A DNA stretch of 63,763 bases from Oscillospiraceae bacterium (GTDB taxonomy: Bacteria > Bacillota > Clostridia > Oscillospirales > Oscillospiraceae): NCBI GenBank assembly GCA_016297855.1, contig JAEDFW010000001.1:1-63763 (forward strand), in the 5' to 3' direction. The translations under genes and the position numbers were made by a program. The notes under the pieces are model-generated. The model was given only the letters and a program-made list of their open reading frames with translations. It ran no database searches and was not told the DNA's origin. Positions 55,581 to 63,763 of this stretch are shown piece by piece; within the stretch, counting starts at the first letter, position 1, and each line of letters begins with the position of its first letter.

Positions 55581-57845
55581 ATGGATAACTACATAGGCAG
55601 GCTATTGGATAACCGGTATGAAATCCTGGACATGATCGGCTCGGGCGGAATGGCAGTCGTCTACAAGGCGCGTTGCAACCGGCTGAACCGTCTGGTCGCC
55701 ATTAAAATATTGAAGGAAGAACTGTCGCAGGACGCAGAGTTCCGGCGGCGCTTCCATGCCGAGTCGCAGGCTGTTGCCATGCTCTCGCATCCGAATATCG
55801 TCAGTGTGTATGATGTGTCGCATTCAGATAATGTGGATTATATTGTCATGGAGCTGATCGAAGGAATTACCCTGAAGCAGTATATGGAGCAGAAGGGGCA
55901 GCTCAACTGGCGCGAGGCGCTGCATTTTGCCACGCAGATCGCCAAGGCGCTGGAACACGCGCACAGCCGCGGTATCATCCACCGCGATATCAAGCCTCAC
56001 AATATCATGATTCTGAAGGACGGCAGTGTGAAGGTAGCCGACTTCGGCATTGCGCGTATTTCCTCCGCGCAGAACACGCTCACGCGTGAGGCGCTCGGAT
56101 CGGTGCACTATATTTCGCCCGAGCAGGCCAAGGGCGCGCACATTGACTTCCGCTCCGATCTGTATTCGCTGGGCGTGGTTATGTATGAAATGCTGACAGG
56201 CCGGCCGCCGTTTGATGGTGATACACCCGTGAGCGTAGCTATCCAGCACATCAACGCCAAGCCGGTCATGCCGCGTGAACTGAACCCTGCCATCCCCGTG
56301 GGTCTGGAGCAGATCACAATGCACGCGATGGCGGCGGAGCTTTCCGCGCGCTATGAGAGCGCAACGCAGATGCTGGCTGATCTGGAAGAATTCCGGCGCA
56401 ATCCCAACTGCGTCTTTGATTTCAGCGCCCGTTCGGATGCGCTTGATATCGGAGCCATGCTGCAGGAACCTGCGCCGGCCAGAACGCGCACAGCTGCTTC
56501 ACGCGCAGCAGGCGCAACTGCTCCAAAGCCCCGGCCGCAGCAGCAAAAGCCGCAGCCCTCAGAAAAATCGGGCGGTGGGCGCGTGGCGCTGATCGCAGGC
56601 GTTGTTTGCCTGGTGGCGGCGTTTCTTGCCATCGGCTACTTCCTCTACAGTTATTTTTTCTCCGACCTGTTTGCCAAAACGCAGGAAGACAGGGTACCGA
56701 GCTTCATTGGCCAGTACTATGAGAATATTGACGAGAGCCTGTATCCCAATTTTATCATCGAGATCAGCGAATGGAAGCCGAGCGAAAACTATGCGTACGG
56801 ATATGTCATTGATCAGTCGCCCGTATCAGGACGGACGGTCAAAGTCGGCTCAAAGATTGAACTGACGGTTTCGATGGGCGTTGAGAGCGACACCATGCCG
56901 AATCTGATCAATACGTCGCTGCAAAGCGCGCAGGCCTATCTGGATAAAATTGCGGTAAATGTGATCGTACGGGTGGAATATGAGAGCAGCGACGTCTATA
57001 CCGACGGCTATGTTATGCGAACCGATCCGGCAGAGGGGGAAATGCTCACCGACGGACAGACGGTCACGCTGACCGTCAGCCAGGGTGCGGAAATCAAGCT
57101 CGTGGTGGTGCCGGCGCTTGTCGGCGAGGATCTGGAGAAGGCGCTGGCTGCGATCGACGCGGAAGGGCTGGGCCGCGGCGGCATCCGCTATGTCGACAGC
57201 GACCTGCCCGAGGGTACGGTCACGTTCCAGAGCATCGATGCAGGTGAAAAGGTGAAAATGGATACCGTCATCAACCTGCAGGTCTCCAAAGGCCCGCAGG
57301 AGGCCGAGGTGCCGTTTATCTATGAGCAGTCGAAAGACAGCGCAGTGGAGCAGGGCGGCAGCCTTACGTTGTCGGTCAGAGCCAGCACAGAAGATAACGG
57401 CGTTTTGACCTACGCGTGGTACGCATCCATGACGGGCAGCGAGGACGATGCGGTACTCGTCTCGCGCAGCGCGGAGGACAATACAAGCTGCGCTGTCGAT
57501 ACCTCCGTGCCCGGTGTATACTACTATTTCTGCAAGATTGTCAATACGCTGGGCGAGTCAACGGCGTCTGTCACGTCGAATCTGATTGAGGTTGTGGTCA
57601 TGCAGACCAGTCAGCTGCACGACAAGGTGATCACGCTGACGCTGCCGCAAGCGCCGGGCGTGTATGAGGTGACAGTCAAGGTGGGAGGCGAGATTCAGGG
57701 CAGTCCGTATATCGTCGATACGACCGAGGAATGGACGCAGAGCATCAGCATTCAGGTCACGGGTTCCGGTGTGCAGGATGTTGATATTTATCTGGACGGC
57801 ATATTATATGACAGTCAGACCATCGATTTTGATACGGCAGGGTAA
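55581..57845 (+). CDS. prkC: PASTA-domain Ser/Thr protein kinase
   Basis: GSGGMAVVY, HRDIKPHN, DFGIA and SPEQ; TM; three PASTA repeats; additional Ig-like domains. Confidence 0.95.
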   Translation: MDNYIGRLLDNRYEILDMIGSGGMAVVYKARCNRLNRLVAIKILKEELSQDAEFRRRFHAESQAVAMLSHPNIVSVYDVSHSDNVDYIVMELIEGITLKQYMEQKGQLNWREALHFATQIAKALEHAHSRGIIHRDIKPHNIMILKDGSVKVADFGIARISSAQNTLTREALGSVHYISPEQAKGAHIDFRSDLYSLGVVMYEMLTGRPPFDGDTPVSVAIQHINAKPVMPRELNPAIPVGLEQITMHAMAAELSARYESATQMLADLEEFRRNPNCVFDFSARSDALDIGAMLQEPAPARTRTAASRAAGATAPKPRPQQQKPQPSEKSGGGRVALIAGVVCLVAAFLAIGYFLYSYFFSDLFAKTQEDRVPSFIGQYYENIDESLYPNFIIEISEWKPSENYAYGYVIDQSPVSGRTVKVGSKIELTVSMGVESDTMPNLINTSLQSAQAYLDKIAVNVIVRVEYESSDVYTDGYVMRTDPAEGEMLTDGQTVTLTVSQGAEIKLVVVPALVGEDLEKALAAIDAEGLGRGGIRYVDSDLPEGTVTFQSIDAGEKVKMDTVINLQVSKGPQEAEVPFIYEQSKDSAVEQGGSLTLSVRASTEDNGVLTYAWYASMTGSEDDAVLVSRSAEDNTSCAVDTSVPGVYYYFCKIVNTLGESTASVTSNLIEVVVMQTSQLHDKVITLTLPQAPGVYEVTVKVGGEIQGSPYIVDTTEEWTQSISIQVTGSGVQDVDIYLDGILYDSQTIDFDTAG

Positions 57846-57848
57846 CGG

Positions 57849-58727
57849 ATGCAGACGGGAAGAATCATGAAAGCGCTGAGCGGGTTTTACTATGTGCAGA
57901 CCGCGGATGCGCTGATCGAGTGTAAGGCAAGAGGGCGGTTCCGCAAGGATGGCGTCACGCCAATGGTGGGCGATCTCGCAAGAATCACAATGGAAAATGG
58001 CAAGGGAATGCTTGAAGCGCTTCTGCCGCGCAAAAACTTCTTTATCCGCCCGGCGATTGCGAATATTGATGTGTTGGTGGTGATGGCCTCATGCGCAATT
58101 CCGGTGACGGAGCCGTTTCTCATCGACCGGGTGCTCGCTATCGCGGGAAGGCAGAATGTGCCGGTGGTTGTGTGTGTCAACAAGGACGACGCCGCGCCTG
58201 CCGAACCGCTTTCGCGCATCTACGAGCACGCCGGATTCCGTGTTATCCGTACCTCTGCGCAGACCGGCGAGGGCGTTCAGACGCTGCGCGAGGCCATAGA
58301 CGGCAAATTTTCCGCCTTCACCGGCAATTCCGGCGTTGGCAAGAGCAGCTTGCTCAACTGCCTGTCACCGCAGCTGGCGCTGCCGGTGGGCGAAGTGTCG
58401 GAAAAGCTGGGAAGAGGACGCCATACGACGCGGCATATTGAGCTTTACCGTCTTGGCGCGGACACGTTCGTGGCCGATACGCCCGGTTTTTCCTCGTTTG
58501 ACACCGAACGGATGGATCTCGTGCGCAAGGAGCAGCTGCAGTACGCGTTTCAGGATTTTGCGCCCTATCTCGGGCAATGTCAGTTTCACGACTGTGCGCA
58601 CCTGAAAGAACCTGGCTGCGCGGTGCGTCAGGCACTTGCGCGCGGCGAACTGGAGCCGACACGCTATGACAGCTATGTCAGGCTCTACGAAATGGCAAAG
58701 CAGATCAAAACATGGGAGCTCAAATAA
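57849..58727 (+). CDS. rsgA: Ribosome small subunit-dependent GTPase
   Basis: NKDD, GNSGVGKSS, GRHTT, DTPGF and CQFHDCAHLKEPGC. Confidence 0.96.
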   Translation: MQTGRIMKALSGFYYVQTADALIECKARGRFRKDGVTPMVGDLARITMENGKGMLEALLPRKNFFIRPAIANIDVLVVMASCAIPVTEPFLIDRVLAIAGRQNVPVVVCVNKDDAAPAEPLSRIYEHAGFRVIRTSAQTGEGVQTLREAIDGKFSAFTGNSGVGKSSLLNCLSPQLALPVGEVSEKLGRGRHTTRHIELYRLGADTFVADTPGFSSFDTERMDLVRKEQLQYAFQDFAPYLGQCQFHDCAHLKEPGCAVRQALARGELEPTRYDSYVRLYEMAKQIKTWELK

Positions 58728-58734
58728 CATAGGT

Positions 58735-58778
58735 ACCTGCGGCGCGGAAAAGTCAGACTTTTCCGCGCCGCAGGTTTT
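58735..58778 (+). terminator. Intrinsic terminator after rsgA
   Basis: ACCTGCGGCGCGGAAAAGT-CAG-ACTTTTCCGCGCCGCAGGT-TTT. Confidence 0.85.
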
Positions 58779-58829
58779 AGCGCACGAACAAAACTGCGCC
58801 TGCGTAAGCTGATAGCAGGGGTGGTATTT

Positions 58830-58979
58830 ATGTGTCATCGAACTGATAAGGCAGGTTGTGTTCTGATTGGTCTCGGCGCGGGACTTCTGCTGTCGTTACT
58901 GTTTGGCGGATGGTTTCTGTGCGTGGTGTTGGGTCTGGGGCTTATCGCGCTGGGATGGTGCATCGCAGGCTGCAGCTGA
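58830..58979 (+). CDS. Small 49-aa two-TM, Gly/Cys-rich membrane protein
   Basis: Not in the ORF track: MCHRTDKAGCVLIGLGAGLLLSLLFGGWFLCVVLGLGLIALGWCIAGCS; AGGGGTGG RBS. Confidence 0.65.
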   Translation: MCHRTDKAGCVLIGLGAGLLLSLLFGGWFLCVVLGLGLIALGWCIAGCS

Positions 58980-59068
58980 ACTGGGCTTGTCAGATTATTT
59001 TTCCCACTGTGGTCTAACGTTGTCCGGCTGCGCGTATATATTTTGCAGAACCTACAAGGAGGCAGAAC

Positions 59069-60583
59069 ATGGAACTGGTGTTTCAAAATAAAACCTCCGC
59101 CTTTCTGCAACAAATCCTGCATGAAACGCGCAGCCAGGAGCAGACGGCGGAACTGATCGTACCCGACAGCTTCCCGGATTGTGCGCGCATCGTATCCAGC
59201 TGCGCCTCGGCCATTCTGCGCGGCAAGGAGTGCCGGCAGGGAAGCGTCACCGTCACCGGAGCCGTCCGCGCCGGCGTGCTGTATGTACCGGAGGATGAAT
59301 CGGCGCCGCGAGCGCTGGATGCGTATGTGCCGTTTTCGCTGCGTATCGACCATCCGTCGGCAACGGAGCAGATGCAGTCTCTGCTGGAGCTGCGCGTGCG
59401 AAGCGTGGACGCGCGGATGATCCACTCGAGAAAGGTGCTGCTGCGCGTAAACCTCGGCTGCGAGCTGACTTGCTTTGCGCAGACCAGTGAGACGTTCTAT
59501 ACGCTGACGCAGCCGCCCGCCGAGCTGCAGGTGAAAGAACAGACGTATCCGATTCTTCTGCCGACTGAGACGGCAGAGCGCAGCTTTGTGGTGGATGAAC
59601 AGCTTGAGCTGCCTGCCGGAAAGCCTGAAATTGAACATATCTGCTGGTATACCGCGCAGCCGCTCGTCACTGAGCGAAAGCTGATCGGCAACAAGGCCGT
59701 ATTCAAAGGCTTACTGGCGGTAAAGGCGCTGTATCAGGCGGCAGACGGGAGCCTGAACGTGTTTTCACAGGAGCTGCCGTTTTCGCAGTATTGCGAGCTG
59801 GAGCAGGACTATGAGCAGGATGCGCTGACGCTGCTGCCTGCCGTAACAGGCGCGGAGCTGGAGCTTTTGCAGGACGGACAGGGCAGAAAACTGCAGCTGA
59901 CGGTGAATCTTCTTGTGCAGGCGCTTGTGCAGGCGCTGCGTCCGGTAGAATTGTGCGAGGATGCGTATGTCACGCGCGGGACATTTGAACCGGAGTGGAA
60001 GCAGTATGCGCTTGCGTGCAGGCTGGACGCGCAGCAGCTGCATGAGACGCTGCGCGAAAGCTTCCCCGCACCTGTGCGCGCGGTAATCGACAGCACACTG
60101 TATCTCGATTTTCCCGAGCAGAGCCGCACACAGACAGGTGTTCAGGTTAAAGCGCCGTGTTCGGTCAATATCGTCTATCTGGATGATGACGGCGCAGTGC
60201 AGGGACTGACAGGCCGCGCGCAGACCGCGACTGAGATCGCGCTGTCGGAGAACGGTGTGTGCAGCGCGCGCGTATCCGTTGGGCGCGATGGGTTTGCCGC
60301 ACCAGGCTCCGGCGGAACGGACGTCCGTTATGATCTTCTTTTTGAGCTGGAGTGCAGCGCACACCAGACGCTGCAGAGCCTTTGCGGCGGCAAGCTGGAG
60401 CCGGATGCACAGCGCGCAGAACGTAGACCGTCAGTCATCATCCGGCGGACGGAGCGCGCACAGAGCGTGTGGGAGCTTGCCAAGCAGTACAGCACGACGG
60501 TGCAGGCCATCAGCCAGGCAAACCAGCTTCCCGGCGATCAGATCGAGCGCGGCGAAATGCTGCTCATTCCCATCCAGCCGTAG
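59069..60583 (+). CDS. sipL: SipL-like spore coat morphogenetic protein (SPOCS/DUF3794 + C-terminal LysM)
   Basis: Repeated SPOCS-like units (IVPDSFPD..RIV, LELPAGKPEI) and LysM SVWELAKQYSTTVQAI..AN...GEMLLIP; AAGGAGG RBS. Confidence 0.85.
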   Translation: MELVFQNKTSAFLQQILHETRSQEQTAELIVPDSFPDCARIVSSCASAILRGKECRQGSVTVTGAVRAGVLYVPEDESAPRALDAYVPFSLRIDHPSATEQMQSLLELRVRSVDARMIHSRKVLLRVNLGCELTCFAQTSETFYTLTQPPAELQVKEQTYPILLPTETAERSFVVDEQLELPAGKPEIEHICWYTAQPLVTERKLIGNKAVFKGLLAVKALYQAADGSLNVFSQELPFSQYCELEQDYEQDALTLLPAVTGAELELLQDGQGRKLQLTVNLLVQALVQALRPVELCEDAYVTRGTFEPEWKQYALACRLDAQQLHETLRESFPAPVRAVIDSTLYLDFPEQSRTQTGVQVKAPCSVNIVYLDDDGAVQGLTGRAQTATEIALSENGVCSARVSVGRDGFAAPGSGGTDVRYDLLFELECSAHQTLQSLCGGKLEPDAQRAERRPSVIIRRTERAQSVWELAKQYSTTVQAISQANQLPGDQIERGEMLLIPIQP

Positions 60584-60616
60584 TGCGCGGCAAACGAGAA
60601 AAAGGAGGCGGGGAAT

Positions 60617-62095
60617 ATGGACGAACATACCTTATACGAACAGATCAGCCGCCGCACGGACGGCAATGTGTACATTGGCGTGGTAGGCCCGGTCCGTACG
60701 GGCAAATCCACCTTCATCAAGCGCTTCATGGAGCAGCTTGTGCTGCCGAATATCGAAAACGTCTATCAGCGTGAGCGTGCGAAGGATGAGCTGCCGCAGA
60801 GCGGTTCAGGAAAGACCATCATGACCTCCGAGCCCAAATTTGTGCCGGAGGAGGCTGTGCAGATCAGCCCAGACCGAAAAACCAGACTTTCCGTTCGTTT
60901 TATCGACAGCGTGGGCTATATTGTACCCGGCGCAATTGGTGCCGATGAAAACGGCGAGCCGCGGATGGTCACAACGCCGTGGTTCGACCATGAAATCCCT
61001 ATGCTGCAGGCGGCAGAACTGGGCACCAAAAAGGTGATGGAAGAACACAGCAGTATCGGCATCGTTATGACGACTGACGGCACCATCACGGATATCCCGC
61101 GTGAGGACTATGCTGAGGCTGAAGCACGTGCCATTACAGATATGAAGGCTACGGGGAAGCCCTTCATAGTGATCGTCAACTCCGCCCAGCCGCTTTCAGA
61201 AGCTGCGCAGTCGCTCTGCCGCACACTGCACGAGACGTATCACGTCAACTGCATGGCGGCCGACTGCCTGACAATGCATGTCGCGCAGATCCAGCAGATT
61301 TTGACGGAACTGATGTACGAATTCCCGCTGACCGAACTGCGGTTTTATCTGCCCGGCTGGGTGCAGGCTCTGCCGCTGGAACACGCGATTAAGCGCTCGC
61401 TTTATGAGGCAATGAGAAGTCATGCCGCCGAGATCTCGCGTCTGAGCGAGGCCGAGCCTGCGCTGGCGTGCATCCGAGAGCTGGAGCAGGTGGAGAGTTT
61501 TCATATTACAGCAGTTGATCTCGGCTCGGGTACGGTCGAGTGCGTGCTGGATTTCCCGGAGGCGCTGTTTTATCAGGTGCTTTCCGAGCAGTCGGGCTTT
61601 GAGATTTGCGATGATGCCGAGCTGATGCAGCTTCTGCGCGAGCTTTCTCAGACCAAGCGCGAATACGACAGGGTTGCGTCGGCGCTCGAGCAGGTGAACG
61701 CCACAGGCTACGGCGTTGTCATGCCCGAACCGGAGCAGATGCATCTGGAGGTACCGCAGATCATCCATAAAAACGGCAGCTATGCCGTGCGGCTGAAAGC
61801 AAGTGCGCCTTCAATCCACATGCTGCGCGCGGACATCGAGACCGAGCTGAGTCCAATGGTCGGCGACGAGCAGCAATCGGCGCAGCTGATTGAATATCTG
61901 CTCGGGGAATATGAGGGGAACACTGAGAAACTCTGGCAGAGCAATATTTTCGGTAAATCACTCTATGAGCTGGTAAGCGATGGGTTAAACACAAAGATCC
62001 GGCGGATGCCCGACGATGTGCGCATGAAGCTCAAACAGACGCTCAGCCGCATTATCAACGAGAATACGGGCGGAATGATTTGTATCCTGCTGTAA
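60617..62095 (+). CDS. spoIVA: Stage IV sporulation protein A
   Basis: YIGVVGPVRTGKSTFIKRF, DELPQSGSGKTIMTSEPKF, VTTPWF and LKASAPSIH. Confidence 0.97.
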   Translation: MDEHTLYEQISRRTDGNVYIGVVGPVRTGKSTFIKRFMEQLVLPNIENVYQRERAKDELPQSGSGKTIMTSEPKFVPEEAVQISPDRKTRLSVRFIDSVGYIVPGAIGADENGEPRMVTTPWFDHEIPMLQAAELGTKKVMEEHSSIGIVMTTDGTITDIPREDYAEAEARAITDMKATGKPFIVIVNSAQPLSEAAQSLCRTLHETYHVNCMAADCLTMHVAQIQQILTELMYEFPLTELRFYLPGWVQALPLEHAIKRSLYEAMRSHAAEISRLSEAEPALACIRELEQVESFHITAVDLGSGTVECVLDFPEALFYQVLSEQSGFEICDDAELMQLLRELSQTKREYDRVASALEQVNATGYGVVMPEPEQMHLEVPQIIHKNGSYAVRLKASAPSIHMLRADIETELSPMVGDEQQSAQLIEYLLGEYEGNTEKLWQSNIFGKSLYELVSDGLNTKIRRMPDDVRMKLKQTLSRIINENTGGMICILL

Positions 62096-62126
62096 AAAAA
62101 CGGCTGCCTCGGGCAGCCGCTTTTTA
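62094..62126 (+). terminator. Intrinsic terminator after spoIVA
   Basis: CGGCTGCC-TCG-GGCAGCCG followed by CTTTTT. Confidence 0.7.
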
Positions 62127-62280
62127 TCACTGCCTGCGGTACAAAATGGAGAAGCTGACAGAAAATCAAGTTTTCGGAAAAATGCTGAAATAGTGATTGA
62201 TTTTTTGGACAAAAAGCATATAATGAATGGGCTGTGAACGAATCACTGCAAGAACAGAAATAGAATCGCAGGTCTACAAT

Positions 62281-63570
62281 ATGGATATTTTACTTTCTCT
62301 TTCGATCGCCACGCTTGCCGGACTTTTAATGACGCGTGTGGCAAAGCCACTGAAGCTGCCGTCGGTTACGGCGTATCTTGTTGCTGGTATTCTTGTCGGC
62401 CCATATTGTCTCGGCAGCCTCGGCATCAGCGGCTTCGGCTTTGTCAGCTTTGAAAGCGTTGAGCGGCTGTCGCTCATCTCCGACGTTGCGCTGGGCTTTA
62501 TCGCATTTTCCATCGGAAATGAATTCCGGCTTTCACAGCTCAAACACACCGGCCATCAGGCCACTGTGATCGCCGTTTTTCAGGCGCTTGCCGCCACACT
62601 GCTGGTTGATTTGGCGCTGCTGCTTGCCTGCGTACTGACAAACGGACGCATCAGTGTGGCACAGGCTATCACACTCGGCGCGATTGCCACTGCGACGGCA
62701 CCTGCCGCAACGCTTATGGTTGTGCGCCAGTACAAGGCGAAAGGACCGGTCGTTGATCTACTGCTGCCGATCGTCGCACTCGACGACGCAGTGGGTCTGG
62801 TTGTATTTGCGGTCTCATTTGGTATTGCCAAGGCCATTTGCTTCGGGTCGGTCGACCTGATTGCGATTCTGGTCAATCCGCTGCTGGAGATCGTGCTGTC
62901 ACTGGCGCTTGGCGCGGTGATGGGATGGCTGCTCACACAGCTGGAAAAGCTCTTCAACTCCAATACCAACCGCCTGAATATGACCATCGCGTTCGTGTTT
63001 CTCACGGTCGCGCTGGCCAAACTGGAGTTTCCTGTCGGGCCTGTCACGATCGGTTTTTCGTCGCTGCTCGTTTGCATGATGCTCGGTACCGTGTTCTGCA
63101 ATATCTGCCCGCTGTCGTCTGACCTGATGGGCAAGGCCGATAAGTGGACGTCGCCGCTGTTTGCCGTGTTCTTTGTCATCAGCGGCGCGGAATTGGATCT
63201 GGGCGTGTTCTCGGATCTTATGATCGTCTGCATTGGACTGGTGTATATCGCCATGCGCTCTCTTGGCAAATACTTCGGCACGTTCACCAGCGCGAAGATG
63301 ACGCACTGCAGTGAGAACATCTGCCGGTATCTCGGAATCACGCTGCTGCCGCAGGCCGGCGTTGCACTGGGTATGTGCGTAACGGCGAAGCAGCTCGGAG
63401 CGCAGGGTGATCTCATCCGCAATATCACGCTCTTTGCCGTGCTTGTCTACGAACTGGTCGGACCGATGCTTACCAAGATGGCGCTCACCAAGGCCGGCGA
63501 TATCCAACCGATGAGCGAGGCGGTCAAGAACCGCCGCACCATCAAGCTGCAGAACCTGGAAAACCGGTAA
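62281..63570 (+). CDS. Cation:proton antiporter (Na+/H+ exchanger family)
   Basis: LPSVTAYLVAGILVGP, ATATAPAAT, VALDDAV and LLPQAGVALG; many TM segments. Confidence 0.9.
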   Translation: MDILLSLSIATLAGLLMTRVAKPLKLPSVTAYLVAGILVGPYCLGSLGISGFGFVSFESVERLSLISDVALGFIAFSIGNEFRLSQLKHTGHQATVIAVFQALAATLLVDLALLLACVLTNGRISVAQAITLGAIATATAPAATLMVVRQYKAKGPVVDLLLPIVALDDAVGLVVFAVSFGIAKAICFGSVDLIAILVNPLLEIVLSLALGAVMGWLLTQLEKLFNSNTNRLNMTIAFVFLTVALAKLEFPVGPVTIGFSSLLVCMMLGTVFCNICPLSSDLMGKADKWTSPLFAVFFVISGAELDLGVFSDLMIVCIGLVYIAMRSLGKYFGTFTSAKMTHCSENICRYLGITLLPQAGVALGMCVTAKQLGAQGDLIRNITLFAVLVYELVGPMLTKMALTKAGDIQPMSEAVKNRRTIKLQNLENR

Positions 63571-63576
63571 AAATCG

Positions 63577-63613
63577 CAGATCGCCCGGCGCTGCGGCACC
63601 GGGCGATCTGTTT
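63577..63613 (+). terminator. Intrinsic terminator
   Basis: CAGATCGCCCGG...CCGGGCGATCTG-TTT. Confidence 0.75.
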
Positions 63614-63763
63614 ACTGAAAGCTATCATTCATGTTAACTTTTTTCACTCTGCTGACGCGTTTTTGCTAACGCTAACAAGAACAAAAATGCAAACATATCA
63701 GTTAAAAATGTAAAAAGCATTGATAAATAAAGAAAAACCAGCAATCTCAATGGATTGCTGGTT

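Noticed and set aside
63631..63649. Rex operator-like sequence ATGTTAACTTTTTTCACT
   Set aside because: Half-site spacing is one base off the TTGTGAA-N4-TTCACAA consensus, with several mismatches in an AT-rich context.
1..63763. CRISPR arrays, tRNA or rRNA genes, IS/transposases, integrases, prophage and defence systems
   Set aside because: I found no regularly spaced direct repeats, cloverleaf/T-loop motifs or mobile-element proteins by eye; a tRNAscan/CRISPR/ISEScan run would confirm.

Overview
GC-rich chromosomal segment of a spore-forming Clostridia (Bacillota) bacterium, probably Oscillospiraceae-like (inferred from gene content and codon style). It is mostly core genome. Translation and related genes: the 3' part of leuS, rpsU, yqeG-pepP-efp-CD1247-like, tsaE-tsaB-upp, rpmG-secE-nusG-rplK-rplA and rplJ-rplL with L1 and L10 leaders. 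Envelope and transport: rodA/ftsW, two SLH proteins, feoAB, PBP1A, ECF ecfA1A2T-truA, murD-ispD-ispF, a lysine riboswitch-controlled NhaC-family transporter and a cation:proton antiporter. Other loci: a NifU-like + GGGtGRT operon, a split TauE pair, tcdA, a PrsA-like foldase, 6S RNA, a Clp ATPase, RNase P RNA, DUF3343 + cysteine desulfurase, cdaA-cdaR, the yloC-remA-gmk-rpoZ-priA-def-fmt-rsmB-rlmN-prpC-prkC-rsgA cluster, and sipL-spoIVA. I saw no CRISPR array, tRNA, rRNA, transposase, integrase or phage gene. The most unusual observations are: (1) an RNase P RNA whose P12 helix encloses about 127 nt of multi-hairpin, repeat-element-like sequence; (2) the uncharacterised, apparently highly expressed NifU-like/GGGtGRT operon; (3) two sigma-G-like promoters that overlap hairpins sequestering the ribosome-binding site; (4) a structured, switch-like leader before rpmG; (5) easily missed small genes (a BofC-C-like protein and a 49-aa membrane protein before sipL-spoIVA); (6) an extra Ig domain in PrkC; (7) a decayed pseudogene patch at about 5.6-6.2 kb. 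All calls are by eye and from remembered family motifs; no searches were run.
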